From NCBI GenBank assembly GCA_964493875.1, contig CAZBPT010000001.1:53020-104506 (forward strand): a stretch of 51,487 nucleotides of DNA. The letters run 5' to 3'. The notes beneath the pieces are model-generated. The model was not told where the DNA came from. It searched no databases and saw nothing but the letters and a program-made list of their open reading frames with translations. A program made the translations under genes and the position numbers. The DNA comes from an uncultured Bacteroidales bacterium. GTDB taxonomy: Bacteria; Bacteroidota; Bacteroidia; Bacteroidales; ML635J-15. Below are positions 29,269-38,208 of the stretch, piece by piece (the first letter of the stretch is position 1; each line of letters starts with the position of its first letter).

Positions 29269-30084
29269 TTATTTTTTTATAAAAATACTTTCACCCATTT
29301 TTACATTTTCATCAACTCTAAAAAAAATGTTCGCTAAATAATTGTTTTCCAAAAGTAATATTACGCTAGAACCCATTTCAAAATATCCTAGCTCCTCTCC
29401 TTTTTTTATTTCTTTGTAAGTATCAAAGGTATATTTAAAATATTTTCCTTTTTTTATATTTGTCTCAATATTTTTTTCAAAAGATAATTTTACTTTTCCT
29501 ACCATCATTGCACCAACAAAAATGAATTGGAACTTTCCATAATCAGAATCTCCATGTAAAATTATTCTTTCATTCTTGCAATAAACTCTTTCGCGTTTTT
29601 TTATCGTTTTTTCTTTTACAGAAAATAACGTTCCGGGATGATATGTAATTTTATTAATTTTCATATCAAAACAAGCATGCACTCTGTGATAATTACATGG
29701 AGACAAATAAAAAACGCAATAAGATTGCATATCACTTTCTTCTTCGTTTGTAAGTTCATGAACGTTATACATACGACCTTTAACATGAATCCTCTTTAAC
29801 GGGGTTATGTACCCATAATCAAAAATACTACAATCTACCGGCGATACTATTCCTTCAGAAATTTTACGACAATCTGGCTTTAATTTTCTTGTAAAAAATT
29901 CATTGAAATTTTCAAAACCTCCTTCAGGAATAACGTATTCATCCATAGAAACATTATAAACCTTTTTCCATTTTTCAATTACCCAATTTACATAAAATTT
30001 TGGATGCTTGAATTCTGCAAACAATCCTGCTATTCGAGAGGTTTTATTTCTAATATTCTGTTTGGATCTCGTTTTTTGGTTCAT
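29269..30084 (-). CDS. psd: phosphatidylserine decarboxylase proenzyme
   Basis: Self-cleavage motif FEMGSSVILL near the C-terminus and NYHRVH in the core, 271 aa. Confidence 0.8.
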   Translation of the reverse strand: MNQKTRSKQNIRNKTSRIAGLFAEFKHPKFYVNWVIEKWKKVYNVSMDEYVIPEGGFENFNEFFTRKLKPDCRKISEGIVSPVDCSIFDYGYITPLKRIHVKGRMYNVHELTNEEESDMQSYCVFYLSPCNYHRVHACFDMKINKITYHPGTLFSVKEKTIKKRERVYCKNERIILHGDSDYGKFQFIFVGAMMVGKVKLSFEKNIETNIKKGKYFKYTFDTYKEIKKGEELGYFEMGSSVILLLENNYLANIFFRVDENVKMGESIFIKK

Positions 30085-30647
30085 TTTTTTGTGTTAAAAA
30101 AATTCATAGTCCTTTCAATCCCTATAAATGGAAAATTTTTTATTACATCAACTGCAATCTCAATTTTAGAATTAATCGTTTCTTTTTCATCTTCTGTCCA
30201 TGTTCCTAAAACAAAATCTACTTGATGTCCTTTAGAAAAATCATTCCCAATGCCAAAACGCAAACGAGCATATTCTTGTGTTTGCAAAACATCTTCAATA
30301 TTTTGCAAACCATTATGCCCTCCGCTACTACCTTTGGCTTTTATCCTTATAGTTCCTAAGGGTAAAGCTAAATCATCTACAACAACAAATAAAGAAGTAT
30401 TTTCAATTTTTTCTTTATTCATATAATAAGAAACAGCTTTACCGCTTAAGTTCATATAAGTTGAAGGTTTCAACAATAATAATTGCTTCCCCTTTAATCT
30501 AATTTCAGAAATTGCACCATAACGCGCATCTACAAAAGACGCATCCATTTGTTTTGACAATACATCTAATACTTTAAAACCAATATTATGACGTGTCTCC
30601 TGATATTCTTTCCCAATATTTCCCAAGCCGACAATTAAGTATTTCAT
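30081..30647 (-). CDS. pth: peptidyl-tRNA hydrolase
   Basis: YLIVGLGNIGKEYQETRHNIGF and GGHNGL. Its stop region overlaps the psd ATG by 4 nt. Confidence 0.92.
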   Translation of the reverse strand: MKYLIVGLGNIGKEYQETRHNIGFKVLDVLSKQMDASFVDARYGAISEIRLKGKQLLLLKPSTYMNLSGKAVSYYMNKEKIENTSLFVVVDDLALPLGTIRIKAKGSSGGHNGLQNIEDVLQTQEYARLRFGIGNDFSKGHQVDFVLGTWTEDEKETINSKIEIAVDVIKNFPFIGIERTMNFFNTKK

Positions 30648-30662
30648 GTCCGGGAAAAAATA

Positions 30663-31247
30663 TTATGCTGTTGCTTCGGTTGTTTCAGCATTACCTGTTC
30701 CTCTTGTAGAAACTACAGTTACAATAATAGTTATAGGTGCATCTACAAATTGTAATGTATCTGATTGTAAATCACGTACTCTTATTGATTGTGCTATGTT
30801 TAAGTCGGTAACATCAACAACAAAATTTTCTGGAATATCATCCATTTTTGCTTTTACAGTAATTTTCTTTAAATTTTGTTTTAATTTACCTCCGATTTTT
30901 ACACCAACAGAAGAACCTTCGAATTTTAACGGTATAGCAACCTTAATTTCTTTTTCAGGAGTTACTTCGTAAAAATCGATATGTAATATTTTATCAGTAA
31001 CCGGATGATATTGAACTTCTTTTACTAATGAAATATGTTTTTTGCCATCAATAATAATATCAGCAAACAATACTTCAGGAGTATAGATTAAACCACGTAC
31101 TTCACTCTGTTGTGTAGTAATATGAAGCGTTTCTGATGCTCCGTAAATCACTGCAGGAATACTGTCTTCTTTTCTTATTGCTTTTGTAGCTTTTTTCCCA
31201 ATTTCAACTCTCTTGGTTGCTTTTACTTCTATATGTTTCATTGTCAT
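30663..31247 (-). CDS. rplY: 50S ribosomal protein L25 / general stress protein Ctc
   Basis: 194 aa with IPAVIYG and a two-domain Ctc-type length. The start could instead be the second ATG at 31241. Confidence 0.85.
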   Translation of the reverse strand: MTMKHIEVKATKRVEIGKKATKAIRKEDSIPAVIYGASETLHITTQQSEVRGLIYTPEVLFADIIIDGKKHISLVKEVQYHPVTDKILHIDFYEVTPEKEIKVAIPLKFEGSSVGVKIGGKLKQNLKKITVKAKMDDIPENFVVDVTDLNIAQSIRVRDLQSDTLQFVDAPITIIVTVVSTRGTGNAETTEATA

Positions 31248-31362
31248 AAATTTGTGTGCTACTCAACCTTTAACATAAAAGTCCCATCGCACGGTTAATT
31301 TTACAAAAATAGTATTTTTTTTTGTTTCTTACAAATTATTTTAATTTTTACAACTAATATAT

Positions 31363-32160
31363 TTATATTGTTATTAGCTCTACGCCATCAATTTTTATTT
31401 CGCGAGACCTTTCTTCAAATATTGCAAAAATTGCAGTTCCACTGCCCGACATTTGCGAATAGATTGCTCCTTCGTCATAAAACTTATTCTTAATATCTGC
31501 CAACTGTGGGTATAAGGAAAAAGCATATTCCTCAAAATCATTAGTTAAGATGTTTTTCCATTCTTTTATCGGTTTCTTAATTTTTTCTTCTATGCTAATT
31601 TCTTGCTCTTTCGGAGTAATTGCAGAATAAGCTGCTTTTGTACTGATGTTAAATTTCGTTAATACAACTACAATTTTATACTTGTCGAGATTTAAATCAG
31701 AATTTTTTAAAATTTCTCCTCTCCCACTAACAATTGACGGCTTATTCTCTATAAAAAAGCTACAATCGGAACCCAATTCCGATGCAATGTTTTTCATATC
31801 ATCATTAGAAAGATTCAATTGAAATAAATTATCTATCAATTTTATTGTGAAAGCAGCATTTGACGAGCCTGCACCCAAACCCGTACCGAAAGGAATTTTT
31901 TTATATAAAACAATTTTTACAGGATCAATTTTATATTTTACTGCCATTAAATTATAGGCTTTATAACATAAATTATCTTCGGTAGAACAATCTATTTTTA
32001 AACCTAAATTTATCAACTCAAATTTTGAAGAATGTAATACTTCAACCATATCGCAATACTGAATCGGATACATTAGACTATCAATATTATGATACCCGTC
32101 AGCACGCTTTGATACAATATTTAAACCTATATTTATTTTACAATTAGAAAAAGCAATCAT
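31363..32160 (-). CDS. ispE: 4-(cytidine 5'-diphospho)-2-C-methyl-D-erythritol kinase
   Basis: KINIGLNI...R.DGYH and the GHMP motif PFGTGLGAGSSNAA, 265 aa. Confidence 0.88.
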   Translation of the reverse strand: MIAFSNCKINIGLNIVSKRADGYHNIDSLMYPIQYCDMVEVLHSSKFELINLGLKIDCSTEDNLCYKAYNLMAVKYKIDPVKIVLYKKIPFGTGLGAGSSNAAFTIKLIDNLFQLNLSNDDMKNIASELGSDCSFFIENKPSIVSGRGEILKNSDLNLDKYKIVVVLTKFNISTKAAYSAITPKEQEISIEEKIKKPIKEWKNILTNDFEEYAFSLYPQLADIKNKFYDEGAIYSQMSGSGTAIFAIFEERSREIKIDGVELITI

Positions 32161-32162
32161 CT

Positions 32163-32178
32163 TATTTTTGCAAAAATA
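32163..32178. promoter_or_regulatory. palindromic double -7 box TATTTTTGCAAAAATA between divergent ispE and kbl
   Basis: Reads TAnnTTTG on both strands. The minus-strand box is 11 nt from the ispE ATG and the plus-strand box is 68 nt from the kbl ATG. Confidence 0.4.
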
Positions 32179-32237
32179 GTTTTTTTTACAAAAATATTTG
32201 TTTTTTACCTCAATTCTTGTTTATTTTGTAAAAAAAA

Positions 32238-33428
32238 ATGTATTCAGATTATAAGAATTTTTTAGACAAAGAAATTGCTGACATAAAAGCAGCAGGTCTC
32301 TATAAAGGAGAAAGAATTATTGTATCACCTCAAGGTGCTGAAATAAAATTAGAAAACGGAAAAACCGCTCTAAATTTTTGTGCTAACAACTATCTAGGTT
32401 TAGCAAACAATAAAGAATTAATTAATGCTGCAAAAGAAGCTTTAGAAACTCACGGTTATGGAATGGCATCTGTGCGTTTTATTTGCGGTACAGGCGATTT
32501 GCATAAAAAACTAGAAAAATCTATCGCAGACTTTTTTGGTACAGAAGATACTATTCTTTATGCTGCATGCTTTGATGCTAACGGTGGTGTTTTTGAACCT
32601 CTTCTTGGAGAACAGGATGCGATTATTTCTGATTCCCTAAATCACGCTTCAATTATTGACGGCGTACGTCTTTGTAAAGCAAAACGGTTCCGTTATGAAA
32701 ATGCAAATATGGAAGATTTGAAAAATCAACTTCAAGCAGCTAAAGACTGTCGTTTTAAATTAATTGTTACCGATGGAGTATTTTCTATGGATGGAAATGT
32801 TGCCCCATTAGATAAAATTCATAAACTTGCAAACGAATACAATGCTATGGTTATGGTTGACGAATCTCACTCTGCCGGCGTTGTTGGAAAAACAGGTCGC
32901 GGTGTTACAGAACATTACAATTTAAGAGGACAAATAGAAATCATTACTGGAACATTAGGAAAAGCTTTCGGTGGTGCTATCGGTGGTTTTACTACAGGAA
33001 AAAAAGAAATCATTGACATGCTTCGTCAACGCTCACGTCCTTATCTTTTCTCTAACTCTATTCCACCTCTTGTTGCTGCTGCAGGTATTAAAATGGTTGA
33101 AATCATGAAAAACACCAATACACTTCAAGATAAATTGCACAAAAATACTGAATATTTTATGAGCAAAATGACAAAGTTGGGATTTGATATTAAACCAACC
33201 GCTTCTGCAATTTGTGCTGTAATGTTATATGATGCAAAATTATCACAAGATTTTGCTGCAGAACTTCAAAATGAAGGTATTTTCGTTACCGGTTTCTATT
33301 TCCCTGTTGTTCCAAAAGGATTAGCAAGAATTAGAGTTCAACTTTCTGCCGCTCACGAAATCGAACACCTCGACAAAGCTATTGCAGCTTTCGAAAAAAT
33401 AGGTAAAAAACTTGGCGTTATTAAATAA
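32238..33428 (+). CDS. kbl: glycine C-acetyltransferase (2-amino-3-ketobutyrate CoA ligase)
   Basis: 396 aa PLP enzyme with SDSLNHASIIDG, DESHSAG and TLGKA (PLP lysine). Confidence 0.88.
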   Translation: MYSDYKNFLDKEIADIKAAGLYKGERIIVSPQGAEIKLENGKTALNFCANNYLGLANNKELINAAKEALETHGYGMASVRFICGTGDLHKKLEKSIADFFGTEDTILYAACFDANGGVFEPLLGEQDAIISDSLNHASIIDGVRLCKAKRFRYENANMEDLKNQLQAAKDCRFKLIVTDGVFSMDGNVAPLDKIHKLANEYNAMVMVDESHSAGVVGKTGRGVTEHYNLRGQIEIITGTLGKAFGGAIGGFTTGKKEIIDMLRQRSRPYLFSNSIPPLVAAAGIKMVEIMKNTNTLQDKLHKNTEYFMSKMTKLGFDIKPTASAICAVMLYDAKLSQDFAAELQNEGIFVTGFYFPVVPKGLARIRVQLSAAHEIEHLDKAIAAFEKIGKKLGVIK

Positions 33429-33447
33429 TTAATATTAATTGAATAAT

Positions 33448-33486
33448 AAAGGCTGACTAGTTTTTTAGTCAGCCTTTATTTTTTGT
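33448..33486 (+). terminator. rho-independent terminator after kbl
   Basis: AAAGGCTGACTA pairs with TAGTCAGCCTTT (12-bp stem) and is followed by a T-run. Confidence 0.8.
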
Positions 33487-33511
33487 CTTTATTTTAATTA
33501 CTATTAATCAT

Positions 33512-33536
33512 AAAAAAAACGCTCATTACTGAGCGT
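33512..33536 (-). terminator. rho-independent terminator after the acyl-CoA ligase gene
   Basis: ACGCTCA pairs with TGAGCGT across a 4-nt loop. The A-run at 33512-33519 gives the U-tract on the minus-strand transcript. A T-run on the other side makes it potentially bidirectional. Confidence 0.7.
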
Positions 33537-33569
33537 TTTTATATATTATTTAAACTTCTTTAAATATTA

Positions 33570-35351
33570 TTAAGCTTCGTCTTTTACACCGAACATTTGA
33601 TTTATTTCGTTTTGATAACGTGACAAAACCAAACCACGTTTTACTTTTAATGTTGGAGTAAGTACTTCTGTAAGTTGTGACCATTCGTCAGAAATCAAAA
33701 CAAAACGTTTTATCTTTTCTGTATCACCAAAAAACGCATTGTACTTGTCAACTTCTTTTACTATCCTCTTATAAACAACTTCATTTTTAATAATATCAAC
33801 AGGATTAGTATATTCTATGTCATGACGAGAACACCATTCTTTTAGGAACTCAAAAGAAGGAGATATTAAAGCTGCAGCAAATTTTTGATTTTCTCCAACT
33901 ACAACAATATTTTCAATGAATGCAGATTCAGAGAATTTTTCTTCAATTAATTGCGGATTTACATATTTTCCGAAAGATGTTTTGAAGAGGTTCTTTTTTC
34001 TACCAGTTAGTACTAATTGTCCTTTTTCGGTAAATTTACCTAAATCTCCCGTATGGAACCAACCTTCACTATCAATAACCTGCTTTGTTAATTCCTCATC
34101 TTTGTAATAGCCCATCATAACATTATGACCACGACAACATACTTCACCACAGTCACTAATTTTAACCTCTACTCCTGGTAAAGGGAACCCAACTGTTCCA
34201 GCTTCTCTACCATAAGGCAAACGACAGCTAACTGCAACAACCGGAGATGTTTCCGTCAAACCATAACCTTCAAAAACAGGCATTCCAATTGCAGAGAAAA
34301 AAGATGCCAATCTCGGTTGAATGCTTGCTGCACCCGATACAACTATATCAAAATTACCTCCAATCCCTTTTCTTATGTTTGAATAAACCAACTTATCGGC
34401 AATTTTAAATCTAAAATTATACCACCATGATCTTTCTTTATCAACAATTTTATATTTTCTTGCCAAACGAACAGCCCAATAAAAAATCCTCCTTTTTATA
34501 AATGGTAATTTTTGTCCGTTTGAATATATTTTATCGTAAAATTTTTCTAAAACACGAGGAACTGCTGTCATCATTGTAGGACAAACCTCCTTAATATCAC
34601 TCGCGAGGGTACCCAAATTTTGTGCATAATAAATTGACATACCCAAATATTGGTACAAAAAAACCAACACTCGTTCATAAGCATGGCATAAAGGCAAAAA
34701 ACTAAATGCACGTTTTGACCATTTTGCAGGTGTGTCTTGTAGATTTAAAAACTGATTTACCAAATTACTATGAGAGAGCATTACTCCCTTTGGAGTTCCT
34801 GTAGTTCCCGAAGTATATATTATGGTAGCACAATCGCTAGATTTAACATTTATCTTACGTATGTGTAATTCTTCTTCATTAATATTTTCTTTACCTATCT
34901 TAATAAATTCATCTAAACAAGAAAATTCTTCTCTTTTAGCAAAAGTATAAACTGTTTGTAAGGAAGGAGTAGAAGGCAAAATATCGGAAATTTTATGAAC
35001 AACTTCAGATCCTTCAACAAAAGCAATCTTGGCTTCACAATTAGTAAATATATACTGATAATCACTTGCAGATATTGTTGGATAAATTGGAACAGATATA
35101 GCACCGATTTGCATAATTGCCATATCGATAAAATTCCACTCTGGACGATTATTAGCAATAATAGCAACCTTATCGTTAGGTTGAATACCTGATTTTATTA
35201 ATGCGTAACTAATATAATTAACATTTTCAAGATATTGTTTTGGAGAATACTCTACCCAACTGCCATTTTGCTTTCTGGCTAATGCTACTTCTAAATCTGG
35301 ATAATCCTCTCTATATTTTTCTAGTATATCAAAAACTCGTTTTATTTCCAT
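33570..35351 (-). CDS. fadD: long-chain-fatty-acid--CoA ligase (AMP-dependent synthetase)
   Basis: 593 aa with the AMP-binding signature IIYTSGTTGTPKGVMLSH, YGLTETSP and WFHTGDLG. The gene symbol is by family only. Confidence 0.8.
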   Translation of the reverse strand: MEIKRVFDILEKYREDYPDLEVALARKQNGSWVEYSPKQYLENVNYISYALIKSGIQPNDKVAIIANNRPEWNFIDMAIMQIGAISVPIYPTISASDYQYIFTNCEAKIAFVEGSEVVHKISDILPSTPSLQTVYTFAKREEFSCLDEFIKIGKENINEEELHIRKINVKSSDCATIIYTSGTTGTPKGVMLSHSNLVNQFLNLQDTPAKWSKRAFSFLPLCHAYERVLVFLYQYLGMSIYYAQNLGTLASDIKEVCPTMMTAVPRVLEKFYDKIYSNGQKLPFIKRRIFYWAVRLARKYKIVDKERSWWYNFRFKIADKLVYSNIRKGIGGNFDIVVSGAASIQPRLASFFSAIGMPVFEGYGLTETSPVVAVSCRLPYGREAGTVGFPLPGVEVKISDCGEVCCRGHNVMMGYYKDEELTKQVIDSEGWFHTGDLGKFTEKGQLVLTGRKKNLFKTSFGKYVNPQLIEEKFSESAFIENIVVVGENQKFAAALISPSFEFLKEWCSRHDIEYTNPVDIIKNEVVYKRIVKEVDKYNAFFGDTEKIKRFVLISDEWSQLTEVLTPTLKVKRGLVLSRYQNEINQMFGVKDEA

Positions 35352-35434
35352 TTAAAAATATTTGACTACAAAGGTCGTAATTTTTTTAAATATTTTCTCC
35401 ATTTTTTTGAGTTTTACACAAAAATTTGCTTTTT

Positions 35435-35505
35435 TTGACGAAATTCCTATATATTGACGAAATTTCTTATTTGTATTTGAATTTTAACTAATATTGACGA
35501 AATTT
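35435..35505 (+). repeat. three direct copies of TTGACGAAATT (35435-35445, 35454-35464, 35494-35504)
   Basis: 11/11 identity in all three copies. Copies 2 and 3 extend to the 15-mer ATATTGACGAAATTT. Start-to-start spacings are 19 and 40 nt. The array lies 84-154 nt upstream of the acyl-CoA ligase ATG. Confidence 0.85.
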
Positions 35506-35792
35506 TACGTTTTTGTATATTTTATGACATAAAATAATATAATTTCTTACATATTTTTGTGTATTTTTTTTAAATACGGGTCGATTTTCTTGAAAATTCA
35601 TTTTAGAGGATTAATAATCGAAAATGATTTTGCATGAAAATATTTAATGATAATAAATTAGCTTATGTCTGATATAAAAAGAATAGAAGCTAATTCCTAA
35701 AGAAAGGAATATATCAATAAATATTTAATACGATTATTAATAACTAAATGTGGTTAGTAAAAAAAAAGAGTTAATAAATAATATATACCTAA

Positions 35793-36674
35793 TTATCGTA
35801 ACATTACTTTTAAACTCTTTTCCACAACCTTCACATTGATTTCTTGGCCCATTTCCACACAGTCACCATCAATATTAACAATTCCAGGGTTTTCTCTGAT
35901 AACAGTAATTTCATTGCACTGAAAGCTATCAATAAAAACACTTTTATCGGCATGTCCTAAAAAAACACGCACAGAAGAAAATGGTGCAGCAACTATTGGA
36001 AAGGGTTTTATTGTCGTCACATCCATTAAAGCATCGAAACAACTAGCATGAGGCGCTATTTTAAATTTATATCCAAACTGATTTGAATTGGCAAATACAA
36101 TCGAAAAAATCTCTGCCTCTAGATTATGATTTTCATATAATATCTTGATTTTCTCAGGTTTAAATGATAAATACTCGCTAATCATAGATTTAAAATACGC
36201 CAAGAAGCCTCGTTGAGAGGTTAAAGAATAACTATGAGCAACATTTGCATCAAAGCCGATTCCAGCGATAGATACTACAACTCTGCCGTTTACATTCAAC
36301 GTGTCCATGATTTTAGTATTTTTCTTCTGTATCATTGTCAAAGCAGACTTAACATCAAAAGGAATTCCCAATGAATGAGCCAATCCATTACCAGAACCGC
36401 TAGGAATGATACCCAAAGCAACATCGGTATTTATCAACTCTTTAGCAACTTCATTAATACTACCGTCGCCACCCGAAACAACAACATATTTATATCCATC
36501 TAAGACAGCTTCCTTAGCTAAAACAGAAGCATGACCGGAATATTTAGAATATTTTATTTCTCCCGATATCTTTTTTTTTCGCAACTGTTTAACAATCTCA
36601 GAACGTATCTTACGTCTGAGATTCTTATGAACTCCACTTATCGGATTTAAAATAAACAATATCTCATCATTCAT
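35793..36674 (-). CDS. YegS/BmrU-family lipid (diacylglycerol-type) kinase
   Basis: FILNPISG and VVSGGDGSINEV, 293 aa. Confidence 0.8.
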   Translation of the reverse strand: MNDEILFILNPISGVHKNLRRKIRSEIVKQLRKKKISGEIKYSKYSGHASVLAKEAVLDGYKYVVVSGGDGSINEVAKELINTDVALGIIPSGSGNGLAHSLGIPFDVKSALTMIQKKNTKIMDTLNVNGRVVVSIAGIGFDANVAHSYSLTSQRGFLAYFKSMISEYLSFKPEKIKILYENHNLEAEIFSIVFANSNQFGYKFKIAPHASCFDALMDVTTIKPFPIVAAPFSSVRVFLGHADKSVFIDSFQCNEITVIRENPGIVNIDGDCVEMGQEINVKVVEKSLKVMLR

Positions 36675-36770
36675 CCTACAAAATTATTCATGTAAAAATA
36701 ACACTATTTATCATTTTTTTAATAAATAATCATCATATTTTACAAAAATGTATTATATTTACATAAAAAT

Positions 36771-38204
36771 ATGAAGAAGGTATTTTTTCTAACTATTCTT
36801 TTGAATATTGGTATTTTCAGCTCAGTTTTTTCTCAAAAAAAATGGACTTTAAACAGTTGTATTAATTATGCAATAGAAAATAATTTTCAAATTAAAAATC
36901 AAATACTCTCAAACAAAATTTCCGACAATAATTTATTGCAATCAAAATTGGATTTATTGCCAAACTTAAATGCTGGAGTTAACGAAAATTTTGTTTTTGG
37001 CAGAAGTATTGACCCTTACACCAATGATTTTTCATCAGAAAATTATAACTCAGCAAATTTTCAAATTTCTTCTTCTTTAACTCTATTTGACGGATTACAA
37101 AAAATTAACTCAATAAAAAAATCGAAACTAACAAAACAACAAGGAGAATATAATCTTCAACTTACAAAGAAAAATATTACAATTACAATAGTTTCTGCAT
37201 ATCTTAATGTCTTATATGCCAACGATTTACTTAAAGTTGCCAGACAACAAAGAAAAATTACTGAAGAACAACTAGATCAGATTACAAAAAAAGTTGAAGC
37301 AGGAAAACTATCCATGCAAAACCAATACGACGGCGAAGCACAATTAGCAAACGAAGAACTTAATATTGTATCGGCAGAAAGCCAACTATCGTCAGCAAAA
37401 TTAATTTTAGCACAATTACTTGAAATTGAAGATTACACAAATTTTGAAATTGAAATTCCAGATAGTACAAAATTGTCAATTCAAGACGAATTATTTTCAG
37501 TAGAAGATATATATAATTCTGCTGTAAATAATATGCCGGAAATAAAAGCATCTGAAATTAACATGGAAATCGCCGAAAAAGGGCTAGATATCTCACGTGG
37601 CGGATTTTACCCTCGTTTGTCGGTTTCAGCATCTTTCGGAACAGGATATTCAAGTGCACAACAAATGATAGATAACATTATCTACGGACCTGCACAAAAT
37701 ACAGGTGCTTTCGTTACTGACATGAATGGTAATGTTCTTAATGTTTTTCAAAATTCTTTTGATTACACATATAAAAAACAAAGTTTCAAAAACCAAATAA
37801 AAGACAACGCAAGTACTTCGGTGGGGATAAGTTTAAATATTCCGATTTTTAATTCATACTCAGTAAATACCCAAGTTCAAAATTCTAAAATATTGATAGA
37901 ACAAAGTAAAATTGAAATAGAGCAGAGTAAAAAAGAATTACTAAAAACAATACAGCAATCACATTCTGACGCTCAAATGGCTCTAAATAAATACATTGCC
38001 ACCGAAAAATCATTAAAAGCTACAAAAATAAGTTTTGATTTTTCACAAGAACGATACAATCAAGGTTTATTAAATATTACAGACTATAATATCTCAAAAA
38101 ATAATTTAAGTAAAGCAGAAATTGAATTATTAAAGGCAAAGTATGACTTTATATTCAAACAAAAAATTCTTAATTACTATTTGGGAAAGGAAATAAATTT
38201 TTAG
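36771..38204 (+). CDS. TolC-family outer-membrane efflux protein
   Basis: Signal peptide, then WTLNSCINYAIENN and two coiled-coil/beta-barrel repeats, 477 aa. Confidence 0.85.
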   Translation: MKKVFFLTILLNIGIFSSVFSQKKWTLNSCINYAIENNFQIKNQILSNKISDNNLLQSKLDLLPNLNAGVNENFVFGRSIDPYTNDFSSENYNSANFQISSSLTLFDGLQKINSIKKSKLTKQQGEYNLQLTKKNITITIVSAYLNVLYANDLLKVARQQRKITEEQLDQITKKVEAGKLSMQNQYDGEAQLANEELNIVSAESQLSSAKLILAQLLEIEDYTNFEIEIPDSTKLSIQDELFSVEDIYNSAVNNMPEIKASEINMEIAEKGLDISRGGFYPRLSVSASFGTGYSSAQQMIDNIIYGPAQNTGAFVTDMNGNVLNVFQNSFDYTYKKQSFKNQIKDNASTSVGISLNIPIFNSYSVNTQVQNSKILIEQSKIEIEQSKKELLKTIQQSHSDAQMALNKYIATEKSLKATKISFDFSQERYNQGLLNITDYNISKNNLSKAEIELLKAKYDFIFKQKILNYYLGKEINF

Positions 38205-38208
38205 TGTT

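Noticed and set aside
31254-31294. A GC-richer stretch in the rplY (L25) 5' leader that might be a ribosomal-protein autoregulatory leader.
   Set aside because: By hand I could only draw 4-bp helices (GTGC/GCAC, CTTT/AAAG). I do not recognise any known leader motif.
35352-35402. 16-codon upstream ORF (MEKIFKKITTFVVKYF) whose TAA abuts the fadD-like ATG.
   Set aside because: ORFs this short arise easily by chance in AT-rich spacers. No attenuator-like structure accompanies it. I note it only as something ribosome profiling could test.
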